A DNA stretch of 64,000 nt from Candidatus Poseidoniaceae archaeon (GTDB lineage Archaea; Thermoplasmatota; Poseidoniia; Poseidoniales; Poseidoniaceae): NCBI GenBank assembly GCA_949372655.1, contig CASIAI010000009.1, positions 156-64,155 on the forward strand. Reading direction: 5' to 3'. Both the position numbers and the translations under genes were made by a program. A model generated the notes under the pieces. It did no database searches. It was not told where the DNA came from and saw only the letters and a list, made by a program, of their open reading frames with translations. This document shows positions 17,056 through 27,900 of this stretch, in pieces. Within the stretch, counting starts at the first letter, position 1, and every line of letters starts with the position of its first letter.

Positions 17056-19527
17056 GTGTTGAGCGCCAAACAGCGTGATATGCGTTGTCAGTTCATGGTC
17101 GCAATATTACTGTGCATGATAATGGCGCCAGCAATTTCAGCACAAACTGAAGGTCGCGCACCGCCAGGTTGTCTTGAAAGAGACGTCCAAGATATTTCTA
17201 ATTCCATTTCAGTCGACTCTGGTTTATGTTGGAAAATAAATTTAGGAACATTAGAACCAGGTGAGGTTTATGATGTCGAAGTCAATGTGATTAATGATGA
17301 AATAGATATGTTATTTTTTGACCAAAACAGTATCCAGTCTTATGACTTAGGTCAATCTTATCGCTCCTTATTCGATAATAAATCATCTACTGAAAATGCC
17401 CTTGGAGGGTATAACTTTCATTGGAAAGTTCCTTCTTCAATAAATCCCAAAGTTTGGTATCTTGTGATAGATAACCTCGCTCATGATGGGGACCAAGGCT
17501 TTGGAGACCAAGGGGGAATTACAAGTCAGATTTCATTAGACTTCACTAAGTTAACAGATTCTTATTGGACTCCTTATCATGATGTAATATCAGTCCCTTC
17601 AGATTCATTTGAAATATTGCTTTCAGGGGATGATTTGAAATTGGATACTGGTACAACAATTGTGTTGACTGCATGGGCATTACAGGGAGTTGGAGATGTT
17701 TATCTACAGACTAAACAGATGCATGACCTATATCTCTCGGGAGGGGTTGGGCAGTTGTATATCACTACTACAGAAATGCAGTCAGTTACCACATCCGACT
17801 CTACAACATGGGTTGTTCCAGCAGAGTTGGAAGGGCAAGAATTAGTTTTGATTGTCGATAATACAGATAATCCAGTTGGGGGGGGAGACGGCTCCCAAAA
17901 CATCCGAGTCACGGTCAGAGTTCAACTAGCACCTCCAATATCTCCCGTGATTTCAGCAGATAATTCCGGAATAACTTCGATTGGTGTAGGATTAAATCTA
18001 GATTCGATGAGTACTCCAAACCTACTGGACCAGATAGAAACCATGAGTTGGGATTTTGATTTAGAAGTTGATAGTGATGGTGATTTAATCCTTGACAATG
18101 ATGCAGATACTGTAGGCTGGCAGGCAGTTGGCTTATGGGACTCACCAGGACAAAAGACAGTAACTTTGACCGCGGCTTCAAGAGACCAACAATCAGTAAA
18201 GACAACTTCCACTATAACGGTACAAGATGTTGTGAGCCCAGTTGCTATTATCTCAAGTTCCGGGCAAGTTATCAGCGATGGTTGGAAGACAGGGTTGAAT
18301 CAAGATATTGCATTTAGTTGCGGAGATAGTACTGATGATGATTCAGTAGCGACTTGTATTTGGACATTGGACGGCCAAGTATATGACCAAAACACTTCAA
18401 TCGTGTTATCTTGGGCTAATATAGGCTTGCGCACTCTTGTTTTGACAGTAGCCGACAACGCAGGTAATAGTAATTCAATTTCTCAAAATATCGTAGTAGA
18501 TGATTCTACAGTACCAGTATTAGATCAAAGTAAACTCGAACTCTTACCCGATTCAGCAGTCCAAGGTTCACCTATCCAGTATAGTGTATCTGCAATTGAT
18601 GCATATGACCAAACATTCCAGTTGAAGTATCATTGGGACCTTGACCCAACAGTAGATAGTGATGGTAACGGAGATGCTAAAGATGACCCAAATTATCTGG
18701 GCTCAAATGTTGAAATCACTTTCGAACAAACAGGAAGAGTTGATGTTGTACTAACTGTATTTGACCAATCTGGTAACAAAGACTCCCATCCTTTTTCGGT
18801 CAATGTGGCCTCAGAATCAGAGCCTACAAGCCTCTTTGGAATTATCATAGTGATCTTATTTGTCGGAGTATTGACAATGGGGGTATCGATGATTGGATAT
18901 CGACGATGGCAGAAAAACTTGGCTATTGAATTACTGATAGGCAGGGGTCTTTCCCAACCTGAAGCGGATGAACATATCGGAATGGTAAGTCGGAAAATGA
19001 AAGTACCAATATTTGCTTCAGCCGCAGTTATTGCAGGTTTGAAATCAGAGGAGCCAGTAGTCACATCTGAAGATAAAGCCAAACAGGTTGACCAAGCAAG
19101 GTATGAATCGATTTATGGGGCACAAAACCAAGATCCAAATGCAGGCTTTGCTCCACAGTCATTCGCCCCTCAGGCATATGCACCACAACCTGTCGCTAGA
19201 CAATATAGTCAAGGTAGTCAAGCGGCTGCTAATGATGCTTTAGCAATGTTTGCTGAAGATGAAACCGAGATAATAATCGAGTCTAGAACTGAACAACAAA
19301 CACAACCGGTAATCGAAGCCAAGGTCAATAGTGGGGGGATTGAACTCCCTCAGTCTGTGAAATCCCAAATTAAAGGCCCGGAGCAAAGCAAAGTAGCCGA
19401 TGATAGTAGACAGATAACTTGTCCAGAGTGCCAACACAGCTTTAGAATTAGAGTTCCAAAAGGAATTCCTCAAGCTGTAGTTGCTTGCCCTGCGTGTAAT
19501 TCCGATTTCGGTCTTGACTTTTCTTGA
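17056..19527 (+). CDS. PKD/Ig-domain surface protein with TM and cytoplasmic Zn ribbon
   Basis: Signal peptide, WDFD/WDLD...DSDGDG PKD-like domains, TM, C-terminal CPEC...CPAC. Confidence 0.75.
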   Translation: MLSAKQRDMRCQFMVAILLCMIMAPAISAQTEGRAPPGCLERDVQDISNSISVDSGLCWKINLGTLEPGEVYDVEVNVINDEIDMLFFDQNSIQSYDLGQSYRSLFDNKSSTENALGGYNFHWKVPSSINPKVWYLVIDNLAHDGDQGFGDQGGITSQISLDFTKLTDSYWTPYHDVISVPSDSFEILLSGDDLKLDTGTTIVLTAWALQGVGDVYLQTKQMHDLYLSGGVGQLYITTTEMQSVTTSDSTTWVVPAELEGQELVLIVDNTDNPVGGGDGSQNIRVTVRVQLAPPISPVISADNSGITSIGVGLNLDSMSTPNLLDQIETMSWDFDLEVDSDGDLILDNDADTVGWQAVGLWDSPGQKTVTLTAASRDQQSVKTTSTITVQDVVSPVAIISSSGQVISDGWKTGLNQDIAFSCGDSTDDDSVATCIWTLDGQVYDQNTSIVLSWANIGLRTLVLTVADNAGNSNSISQNIVVDDSTVPVLDQSKLELLPDSAVQGSPIQYSVSAIDAYDQTFQLKYHWDLDPTVDSDGNGDAKDDPNYLGSNVEITFEQTGRVDVVLTVFDQSGNKDSHPFSVNVASESEPTSLFGIIIVILFVGVLTMGVSMIGYRRWQKNLAIELLIGRGLSQPEADEHIGMVSRKMKVPIFASAAVIAGLKSEEPVVTSEDKAKQVDQARYESIYGAQNQDPNAGFAPQSFAPQAYAPQPVARQYSQGSQAAANDALAMFAEDETEIIIESRTEQQTQPVIEAKVNSGGIELPQSVKSQIKGPEQSKVADDSRQITCPECQHSFRIRVPKGIPQAVVACPACNSDFGLDFS

Positions 19528-19597
19528 TTCCATTCAAAAAAGTGTTTTTGACTGTTTTAATGAACATAAAGGGGATGGATTCACATAGAGGTATAAT

Positions 19598-22500
19598 TTG
19601 CTTGAATACATGGATGAGAGTAAGCCACGTCTGATTAGGCCAGGCCTGCCTCAGACTGGTGACTCACGTAAGAGCGCAGTATTCCTTATTTTACTGATGT
19701 TTATTTCAATTGCTCAACCGGTTTCAGCAGACACATCAATATCTCGAGATGACTTTGACGTATTGGATGCATTAATGGAAACTATGGCTAAGAGAACGGA
19801 TAACGGAGAGGCAGAAATTGCCGATAGCAGTGCGGAAAGTGCGCTAAGCGCTGTTGATGCTGCTGCTAGACCAGTAGGAAATAATGACCCGCTCACCGTT
19901 GCCAATACATTCCTAGATAATGTTTCAATGCGAGATTCTAGCCCATATTTAGCAGATCATCCTCGCCCATATGAGTTTTTGATGGATAGTTCAACTCAGC
20001 CCGAAGGGTTCCCAGACAACTTATTTGACACTCTATTTTCAACTGCAGCATTAGGTGATGGAAATATTTTGGCAATTGGAATTAACACATATGCAGTATA
20101 TGTGAACTTCACTTCAAGAAATAATGGCCCATCATATGAGGCTTGGGAACGAGGTACATTTACTGGTGATTTAGTCGTGGATGGCGGACTTAACTGCTGT
20201 TTTGAAAACTTTATCGATATCGATGGCGATGGTTCTGATGACCTAATAGTTGCTTTAACCATTGAGGACATACTCACTCCGGGCGAAGGATTTGGTGTTG
20301 AAACTAGCCCTGACCCAGTTACTGGTATTTTACCTGTTATCGATAAACTTTGGATTAAGCCGATATTTCAATGGAAGGTTGAAGCAGTTGATTTGACAGA
20401 CCCTATTTGGGATTCATTAGAGAATCTACAAGTTAGTTTAATGAAAGGTTTAGCATTTGATATTACTTTGGATGATTCCGAATCTTATGGGATAGTAATT
20501 GACACCCGTTTTACTCAAGCCCCATATCAATTTACGCTTGGAGTTGGGATTGAAAAAATAGAATTCGATGTATCTGCACAGAATATTGGAAATTTACTTC
20601 TTTCAACCTTGATCAATTCACTGAACTCAAGTGACCTCGCTCTAACATCCATTTCAGCACCTTATTCAGTACAAATTTCCAACAAGAATGCCCCCGGTTC
20701 TAATGACCAAACCGACTGTGAAGACCCAGGATATTTTGACCCTGTAGCGGATAATATCGCTGAAAGTGATGTGCATAAATGTGGGTTTGGTATCGGTGTT
20801 GGTTTCATCCGGTTTGATGGGGATGGGGGTAGTTCTTCTGCCCCAGTCTTGGAGATGAGTTATCTGGATGCAGGTTTTCATCCTGAAGTAGGAGAAACCA
20901 CAATACCCTCAGAAGTAGATATCACTATTAGAAACGATAACCTTGGAGAAAATACATTTGATACCATAGAGATATTTTCTGATACTGGTGCAGATGTTTA
21001 CCTTCATTACTTCGAAGACCGCTCTAATGTTAGTGAAGGAGATTCAGATTATGGCAATATAACCGATGCAAGAGTTTGGATTCATGGGCTACCGTCTGGT
21101 AGTATGCCCGCTGAAGAAATAAATTCAATTTTCACGATGTTAGGAGAAGCACCGGGGTCTTCTAACTTGCCTGGTGAAGTTCCTTCACGTCTATCATGGA
21201 TAATTGGAATCAAGAATTTCACTGGAGACAATACTGGTAATATCGATGACCCTACTCTCCCAATAAATCCTGTTGATGCACCTAATACACTGATTGTAAT
21301 TGCAGGAACAGAGAAAATAGACCGTCTTGAATACAAGTCAACCTTCAAGAGAGGTGGTTTTGATAATGATGCATCATCTCTGTTAATCGAGGTCGAACAA
21401 GTACCTGAAGTAATAATTATTGAAGGAAGTTTTCTTGTCTCACCAACAGGTATCGATAGGGTGAACTTCGATAATCCGAACCTCAACTCAATCGCTCAAA
21501 TTCTTGACAATGCTTTGTTATCGATAGTTGAGGTTGTATTAGATATCGGAGAAATAGTCAATACTCTCCCCGATTCTATAATCAGTACAGCCGGTTCATC
21601 CGGTGGAGTATTAGCATTACATTGCTTCACACAAGTCAAATCTAACATTGGAGGAACGCCACGCGATTCACAAGAAATTGGCCGTATTACATTCGCCTTC
21701 TCCAGTAATGATCATCCATGGATCCCAGATACAGACCATATTTTGATTTCTCAAGATAGTTCAATCGGTTTAATCAATGGTAAAGCAGGAGCGGTAGAAC
21801 CACTGGTTCCTGTTGCTTTGAGCATGAGGGTAGCAGGAATTTCTGATGTAACCCATACTTATGATCCAGATGCCAATATAAGGCAGATTGTGGTTGAGGG
21901 AACCAATGGTGGTCCACTTTTGATTGGCCATATAGAGCATGATGGCTTGAACTTAGCCTCAGCCATTACTCAGTCAGCTTTATTTTCTAATCGGCCTTCT
22001 TATCTTCAGATAATTCAGACATCTGAGGATTTGACTTATCAGGCTAGCTCGACAATTCAATCAATAACTTATGGTGGAAAGAGCCCAAGTCAACAGAATG
22101 CGATTAAATTAAATGGCCTTCCTTCCAGTTTCGGTCTAGTGCTTGGAGATACTCTTGGGTACTCTGCCAATCAAGCACTAGAATCAATTCAGATTCAACT
22201 TTCTAATGCTTCAACTCCAGTTACTATGGATGGAGACCACTTCAGATTCAAGGTTGACGCAGATACTTCTGAAGCATGCATGAGTCTACAAATATCCGAT
22301 GTTCTTAGTCTGAAAAGATTCTCGCCACAAGAGCCTAATGCGACGGGACCTGAAGGCAATTCACAGATTGAAATGATTAGAACTCAATCTTCACCATTCC
22401 GTATTTTATTGGAAGATAATTCAAATTATGAAGATGATTTCCTTGGTATGAATGGAAGGATTGCATTAGACCCCCTCCCATCAAATATTACCCTAGCATT

Positions 22501-24283
22501 CCCAAGCGGTGTCGATTCTTCGGGAATTGAATTGCCAAGTTTCGATGAAGGTGAAGGCGTTGAATCCTTGTCCTTTTTCTTAGGAGACTTAGTCGACTTT
22601 GGTTCATCTGTGAACGATGTGATATATGATTTCACCAAAGATTTAGTTGGTAGTGAAGGGGATGAAGAAGACTTTGCAATTGGCTTAGATTTACTGACTG
22701 GGGAATCGTTTAATCTAAGTGTGGATGTTAGGAAAGGGAATAATTTTGATGATACGCCAGACTGGGCTCATGGAATTTCCATGAATGTATTTGAAGCCTC
22801 AGTATTAGACTTCAACCTTACAAGAATGCCAACTTACACTCAATCTACTAAGTCAGTTGTAGATACAGCATTAGAAGATTACAAGATTGATTCCAATGAA
22901 CGCGAAGAGATCGAGAATGCTTTACTTGAGAGTAATATTACGCAGTTCGGAGATTTGCTAGATGCTCTTGAAGACGGAGTAGTATACGACTTTGAGATGA
23001 AAGAACTCAATGTAACGCAACTTGAGAATCTAGGTATTACAATAGACTTCAGACGCTCTTGGCATAATAGAATCTGGCTTCCACAGTTGCCGGCAGGACA
23101 AATCACACTAGATTATGATTTCAGAATGGTCGACCAAATTCCAACATATGAAATTGATATGTATATGTCTCAATGGAGACCACTTCGTGAGCAGCTAACC
23201 ATTGAAGTGAATGGAATTGAAGGCAGAGACATGGACTTAGTAATCAATGGACTTGATACTACCAAACCGAATGATGTTTCTGCAAATGCTGTATTCTTCA
23301 CCCAAGATAATCTTACAGTGCCTCGTTTTACAGTAAATATGGATTATGACCTAGGTTCTAAGTTAGATTCAGTTCATGCTATATTCATAGATAGAATTGA
23401 GAAAACTAGAGTCGAAACATTGATCGATGAAGTTCCTCAATCGATGGATTTCTCAGCAACTATTGGTGACGTTTTCATAATTGATCTAGATGTTCCAGAT
23501 AGATTCATGACCGAATCAAAAACTTCGATTAATAAATTGATGATTCAACAACTTCGGTTTGTAGATGGATACTGGTGGCCAGCAACAGCATTTATGCGTA
23601 ATTTACCGGGGGTGATGAGTCTAAGTGCGGTGCCTGATAATAATTTCAATATAAGAGAAGATACTTCTTTCCAAGGAATGATGACTCTTGATTATACTTC
23701 TAATGCAGAGAATATGGATTTATACTTGGAAGCTGCTGGACGAGCAGTGGATTATAGAGGTGACATTTTGATGATAGCACAAGGATTACCTTCGACTTTC
23801 AAGGTAGACACAACCGATGACTGGGGGGTTCGTGTGGCATCTTCAGGCGACGGTGTCAAGAGTTTGTACATAAAGCAGACCAACATGCCAGTAATGCCAG
23901 GAATGACTGTAAACAGAGTAGAATTGATTGGCCAAGATTTGAAGTCGGCAACTATTCATGTTCATAGAGGGCCATATGAATATCCTGTAATTATTCTTGA
24001 TGACATTACTGATGGAAGAATTGTAGCCAGCGCTCAAGTGACTAGTCAACCAGGATATTATGTAGATATCTTCGGGGAAAGAGAATTCGATGGAAGGGCG
24101 GTCATGCTTGATACACAAATGACAGGCCCATTGCCTACAGCATCTTCTCTAGGGATTAACGGAGTTGTTTCTGACCTTTCCTTAGTAGGTACACTAACCG
24201 GTGGCGCAGTTGAGACCAGGCACATCTTGCTTGTCGAACCGATGACGTCTATGATCGCCAGTACTCTGGCCATGTTGGGGTGA
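19598..24283 (+). CDS. Very large secreted acidic hypothetical protein (1561 aa)
   Basis: Signal peptide, beta-rich composition, DIDGDGSDD Ca-binding-like motif; no catalytic motif recognised. Confidence 0.7.
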   Translation: MLEYMDESKPRLIRPGLPQTGDSRKSAVFLILLMFISIAQPVSADTSISRDDFDVLDALMETMAKRTDNGEAEIADSSAESALSAVDAAARPVGNNDPLTVANTFLDNVSMRDSSPYLADHPRPYEFLMDSSTQPEGFPDNLFDTLFSTAALGDGNILAIGINTYAVYVNFTSRNNGPSYEAWERGTFTGDLVVDGGLNCCFENFIDIDGDGSDDLIVALTIEDILTPGEGFGVETSPDPVTGILPVIDKLWIKPIFQWKVEAVDLTDPIWDSLENLQVSLMKGLAFDITLDDSESYGIVIDTRFTQAPYQFTLGVGIEKIEFDVSAQNIGNLLLSTLINSLNSSDLALTSISAPYSVQISNKNAPGSNDQTDCEDPGYFDPVADNIAESDVHKCGFGIGVGFIRFDGDGGSSSAPVLEMSYLDAGFHPEVGETTIPSEVDITIRNDNLGENTFDTIEIFSDTGADVYLHYFEDRSNVSEGDSDYGNITDARVWIHGLPSGSMPAEEINSIFTMLGEAPGSSNLPGEVPSRLSWIIGIKNFTGDNTGNIDDPTLPINPVDAPNTLIVIAGTEKIDRLEYKSTFKRGGFDNDASSLLIEVEQVPEVIIIEGSFLVSPTGIDRVNFDNPNLNSIAQILDNALLSIVEVVLDIGEIVNTLPDSIISTAGSSGGVLALHCFTQVKSNIGGTPRDSQEIGRITFAFSSNDHPWIPDTDHILISQDSSIGLINGKAGAVEPLVPVALSMRVAGISDVTHTYDPDANIRQIVVEGTNGGPLLIGHIEHDGLNLASAITQSALFSNRPSYLQIIQTSEDLTYQASSTIQSITYGGKSPSQQNAIKLNGLPSSFGLVLGDTLGYSANQALESIQIQLSNASTPVTMDGDHFRFKVDADTSEACMSLQISDVLSLKRFSPQEPNATGPEGNSQIEMIRTQSSPFRILLEDNSNYEDDFLGMNGRIALDPLPSNITLAFPSGVDSSGIELPSFDEGEGVESLSFFLGDLVDFGSSVNDVIYDFTKDLVGSEGDEEDFAIGLDLLTGESFNLSVDVRKGNNFDDTPDWAHGISMNVFEASVLDFNLTRMPTYTQSTKSVVDTALEDYKIDSNEREEIENALLESNITQFGDLLDALEDGVVYDFEMKELNVTQLENLGITIDFRRSWHNRIWLPQLPAGQITLDYDFRMVDQIPTYEIDMYMSQWRPLREQLTIEVNGIEGRDMDLVINGLDTTKPNDVSANAVFFTQDNLTVPRFTVNMDYDLGSKLDSVHAIFIDRIEKTRVETLIDEVPQSMDFSATIGDVFIIDLDVPDRFMTESKTSINKLMIQQLRFVDGYWWPATAFMRNLPGVMSLSAVPDNNFNIREDTSFQGMMTLDYTSNAENMDLYLEAAGRAVDYRGDILMIAQGLPSTFKVDTTDDWGVRVASSGDGVKSLYIKQTNMPVMPGMTVNRVELIGQDLKSATIHVHRGPYEYPVIILDDITDGRIVASAQVTSQPGYYVDIFGEREFDGRAVMLDTQMTGPLPTASSLGINGVVSDLSLVGTLTGGAVETRHILLVEPMTSMIASTLAMLG

Positions 24284-24287
24284 ATAA

Positions 24288-24881
24288 ATGATTAGTCAAG
24301 ATGATGTTATTTTTTCCGATGAAGGAGACATGGTAGTCCATGAGGACTCAATCCAGTCCAGTACTCTAAGCCAAGATGAATTGGCTATCTTACAGGCATC
24401 AAAAGAAGCAGCAAGGTTAGTTCAAGACTTGAAAAGGGAAGTCACTCCAAACAGAGTTGCCATGGCGGGAATAATTCTTCTATTACTAATTGGAGCCTTA
24501 TTCAGTGGATGGTATTGGGTAATACCAAGAGATTCGGTGACCGTTGAAACATTGTATATTCAGAGAGGAGGTCATATCGTAATGTCAGAAATACACAATA
24601 CTGGTAGTAGGGATGTCACAGATGTTTCGATGGATGTCAAATTCCAATCACTTGACGGCGAGGTTATTGAAATAATGAGCATAGAAGTCGAACAAATCTC
24701 TTCACACTCTTCTGTAGCAGGTGATGATTTAGAAATGCAGATACTTGGTCATACAGTATGGGATTCCTATGTTATTGCGATTGAAGTTCAGTGGACTGAT
24801 TACGAAGGTGATGTCAATAGAATCATTCAAACTCATGAAGTTGGAGAATGGGCTTGGGAAGAGTTCAAGGATAGAGATTAG
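24288..24881 (+). CDS. Single-pass membrane protein with Ig-like domain
   Basis: TM followed by a beta domain (IHNTGSRD); starts 4 nt after the previous gene. Confidence 0.65.
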   Translation: MISQDDVIFSDEGDMVVHEDSIQSSTLSQDELAILQASKEAARLVQDLKREVTPNRVAMAGIILLLLIGALFSGWYWVIPRDSVTVETLYIQRGGHIVMSEIHNTGSRDVTDVSMDVKFQSLDGEVIEIMSIEVEQISSHSSVAGDDLEMQILGHTVWDSYVIAIEVQWTDYEGDVNRIIQTHEVGEWAWEEFKDRD

Positions 24882-24900
24882 AATCTAAATTAAGACCCAA

Positions 24901-27900
24901 ATGACCCGAAGCAATAAAGCGGGGCAGGTTGGGGAAGAAAACATGCAAAGCATACGCGCTGGCAGGGGAGCAATTCTCCTAGTGGCATTATTTGTTTTGC
25001 AAAGCATATCTTCTATATTTATTCCAGAAGAAAGTTTTCTCGATGAGGAAAACGATTATGGCCAAGTAGAATGGGTGAAATTTGACCTTGAAGAAGGGGT
25101 GTATAATGATGCTAGAGGGACTCTTGATGAAAGTGTAGAATTGGAAGAAAGAGCCGTTTATGCTGGAACAACATTGGGCGTTTATGATGAGAATGGCCTT
25201 ACCTTGAGTAGACCAGTACCTCTTGAGTGGATGCAAGCAAGACATGACCTTTCACTTCTTTTGATTTCAGATCAAATAAATATGTTGGATGCACGTCAAC
25301 AAATAAATGAAATTCAAGGATTAGAGATAAGAGAGTTCATCTATCCTTCAGGACTAATAATTCAAGGTACAGCATCAGCATTGATTCAGGCTGAAAGCCT
25401 AGACTCTGTTTCAAGTGTTCATTCAGTACCTCTAGCAATGCTTGTTCAAGAGGAGATATTAGACGTGTTATTACTTGAAAATGGCGAACAATCTCTAATT
25501 GGCCAGAGAATGAGAATTCAAGGGTGGCGTAGTGATGCAGGTCCATTACAAACAATATCGTTTACTGACTCGAATCAGAATACTTTGTTTCAGGATGTCG
25601 CCGAGGTAGTCGAACTTTCTCTTGATGACGCCATCAAGTGGGATGAAGGAAGGTATGAAGGTACTCTAAAATCCGACCAATTGATTGCTTTGGTTCAACA
25701 ACCATCAATAAATTCATTGAGATATAATCCCGAATTCACTATCGAGAATAATAATGCAGGAAGCCATATGAAAACTGGTACAATGAAAATTTATTTCACC
25801 AGTGACCTCGACGGTTCAAATCAAACCGTAGCGGTTGCAGATTCCGGATTGGATGACGACCATGGGGACTTTGGTAGTCGGATTGTAGGGAATTATGACG
25901 TTATCAACGATGGTTCAACAGCCGATAAGTGGTCAGGTCACGGAACTCACGTCTCCTGTACAGTACTCGGTGATGGAAATCGTGGAGGTTATGCTGGAGT
26001 TGCTCCTGAGGCAGACCTATACTTCCAAGCGATGGAAAATGATAATACTGGTAATTTCCAATCACCTTCATTGAATGGATTATTGAATTCTGCATATAAT
26101 GCGGGAGCGAGAATACATACTAACTCATGGGGCAGTAGTGGAAGTAATCTCTATGGCGAGTATACTTCAGAGAGCCAAGATGTCGATGATAGAGCCAATT
26201 ATTATGATAGATACTACAACGGAGCAGAAGGTTTGACAATTTTATTTGCTGCTGGAAATGATGGCCCAGGAAGCGATACAGTCAGCCCTCCAGCAACTGC
26301 GAAAAATACAGTCACAGTTGGAATGCACCAAAGTAGATACTCAGGAGCACCAGATACGATAATGTCAGGTTCTTCACGAGGTCCTTTGGATGATGGCAGA
26401 ATAAAACCAGACGTCCTAGCCCCTGGTGGATATGTTCGTTCGTGCAAGGCCCAAGAAGCTGGAGATACTGGCGGTTCCTCTTGGGAAAGTACCTGGTACC
26501 TTGAATACACAGGAACTTCAATGGCGACTCCAAATGCTGCTGGGGCATCTGCTATGATTAGGCAGTACTTAGAAGAAATCGCATTAAGAGATTCACCACA
26601 GGGTGCTTTAGTAAAGGCACTATTAATTCTTGGAGCAGAAGATATTGGAACTCGAGATATTCCCAATAATAATGAAGGATGGGGTAGAGTAAACATCAGA
26701 AATACTCTTGCACCAGCGGATGGACAAGGGATATGGGTCGATGATAGGTCTTTATTATCAGCATCAGGAAATTCAAAATCTTATAACTTTGACATAGATA
26801 TTGCAAATGATGCTTTCAAAGCAGTTCTTACATGGTCAGATGAATATGCATCTACGTTTTCTAATAAGCAATTAGTCAATAACTTCGACCTCGAAGTGAT
26901 AGACCCTAATGGCAATATATACATCGGTAATGATTTTACTAATGGGCGCTCAACAACCGGAGGTAGTGCAGATAATACCAATAATGTCGAAGTTGTACTA
27001 ATAGATTCAGCAATCGTTGGTCAGTGGACTGTTAAAATCAAGGATACATATCATGGAGGAAGTCGCTCTCAACCTTTCGCATTAGCAGTAATGGGTCACG
27101 GAATTAATGATTTACTTCCTGATTTAACAGTAATTAATTCTGGTTATGAGATAGACATTCCAATTCCTAGTGTCGGTGAAGAGGTACATTTCAATTCAAA
27201 GATTGAAAATACTGGTAATGTAAAGTCCGACCCCTTCGACATGGTATTAGAAGTAGATGGAGTGGTTGTTGAAACTAAGAATATGGATGTTGGTGGAGGT
27301 ACAGTGAAAGAGCTATACTGGACTTGGACTCCGCAAAGTGCAGGTTCTAAATTGATTTCTTTCATTATTGATCCAACTGATTTAGTCGAAGAATCCTTGG
27401 AGAATAATAATCGTCAAGATGTAATTGTTGAAGTTACAACCCCTGGGGTTTCATTAACTTCTTCTCAAAAGATAAAATCACTCAATGACCCACTTGAAAC
27501 ATCCACTTCATGGGAAGTTAATCTAACCAATACCGGTTTACTACCCACCAATGCTACTATCACCAAGCAAGGTATTACCGTTGCTGAAACAGGAGAAAGT
27601 ATGCCTTGGTATGTAGGTGTTTCATCAACTAGTTTTTCTTTACAAGGCCAAGAATCAACCACACTTAGCGTCACAATGATTCATCCTGAAACACCTGCTA
27701 AAGGTAATTATCAAATTCAACTCCAAGCGACCGATACCGATAATGGAGTTTCCAGCCAATTAATTTTGGTAATGGAAGTATTTGAAATCGCAAATATACT
27801 AGTGGAATATGACTATGAAATAGTTCCAGTTAATCCAATAGACCCAACGGTATTCCCGATTTATATTCAGAATTTAGGAAATTCTAATTTAGAGTATGAC

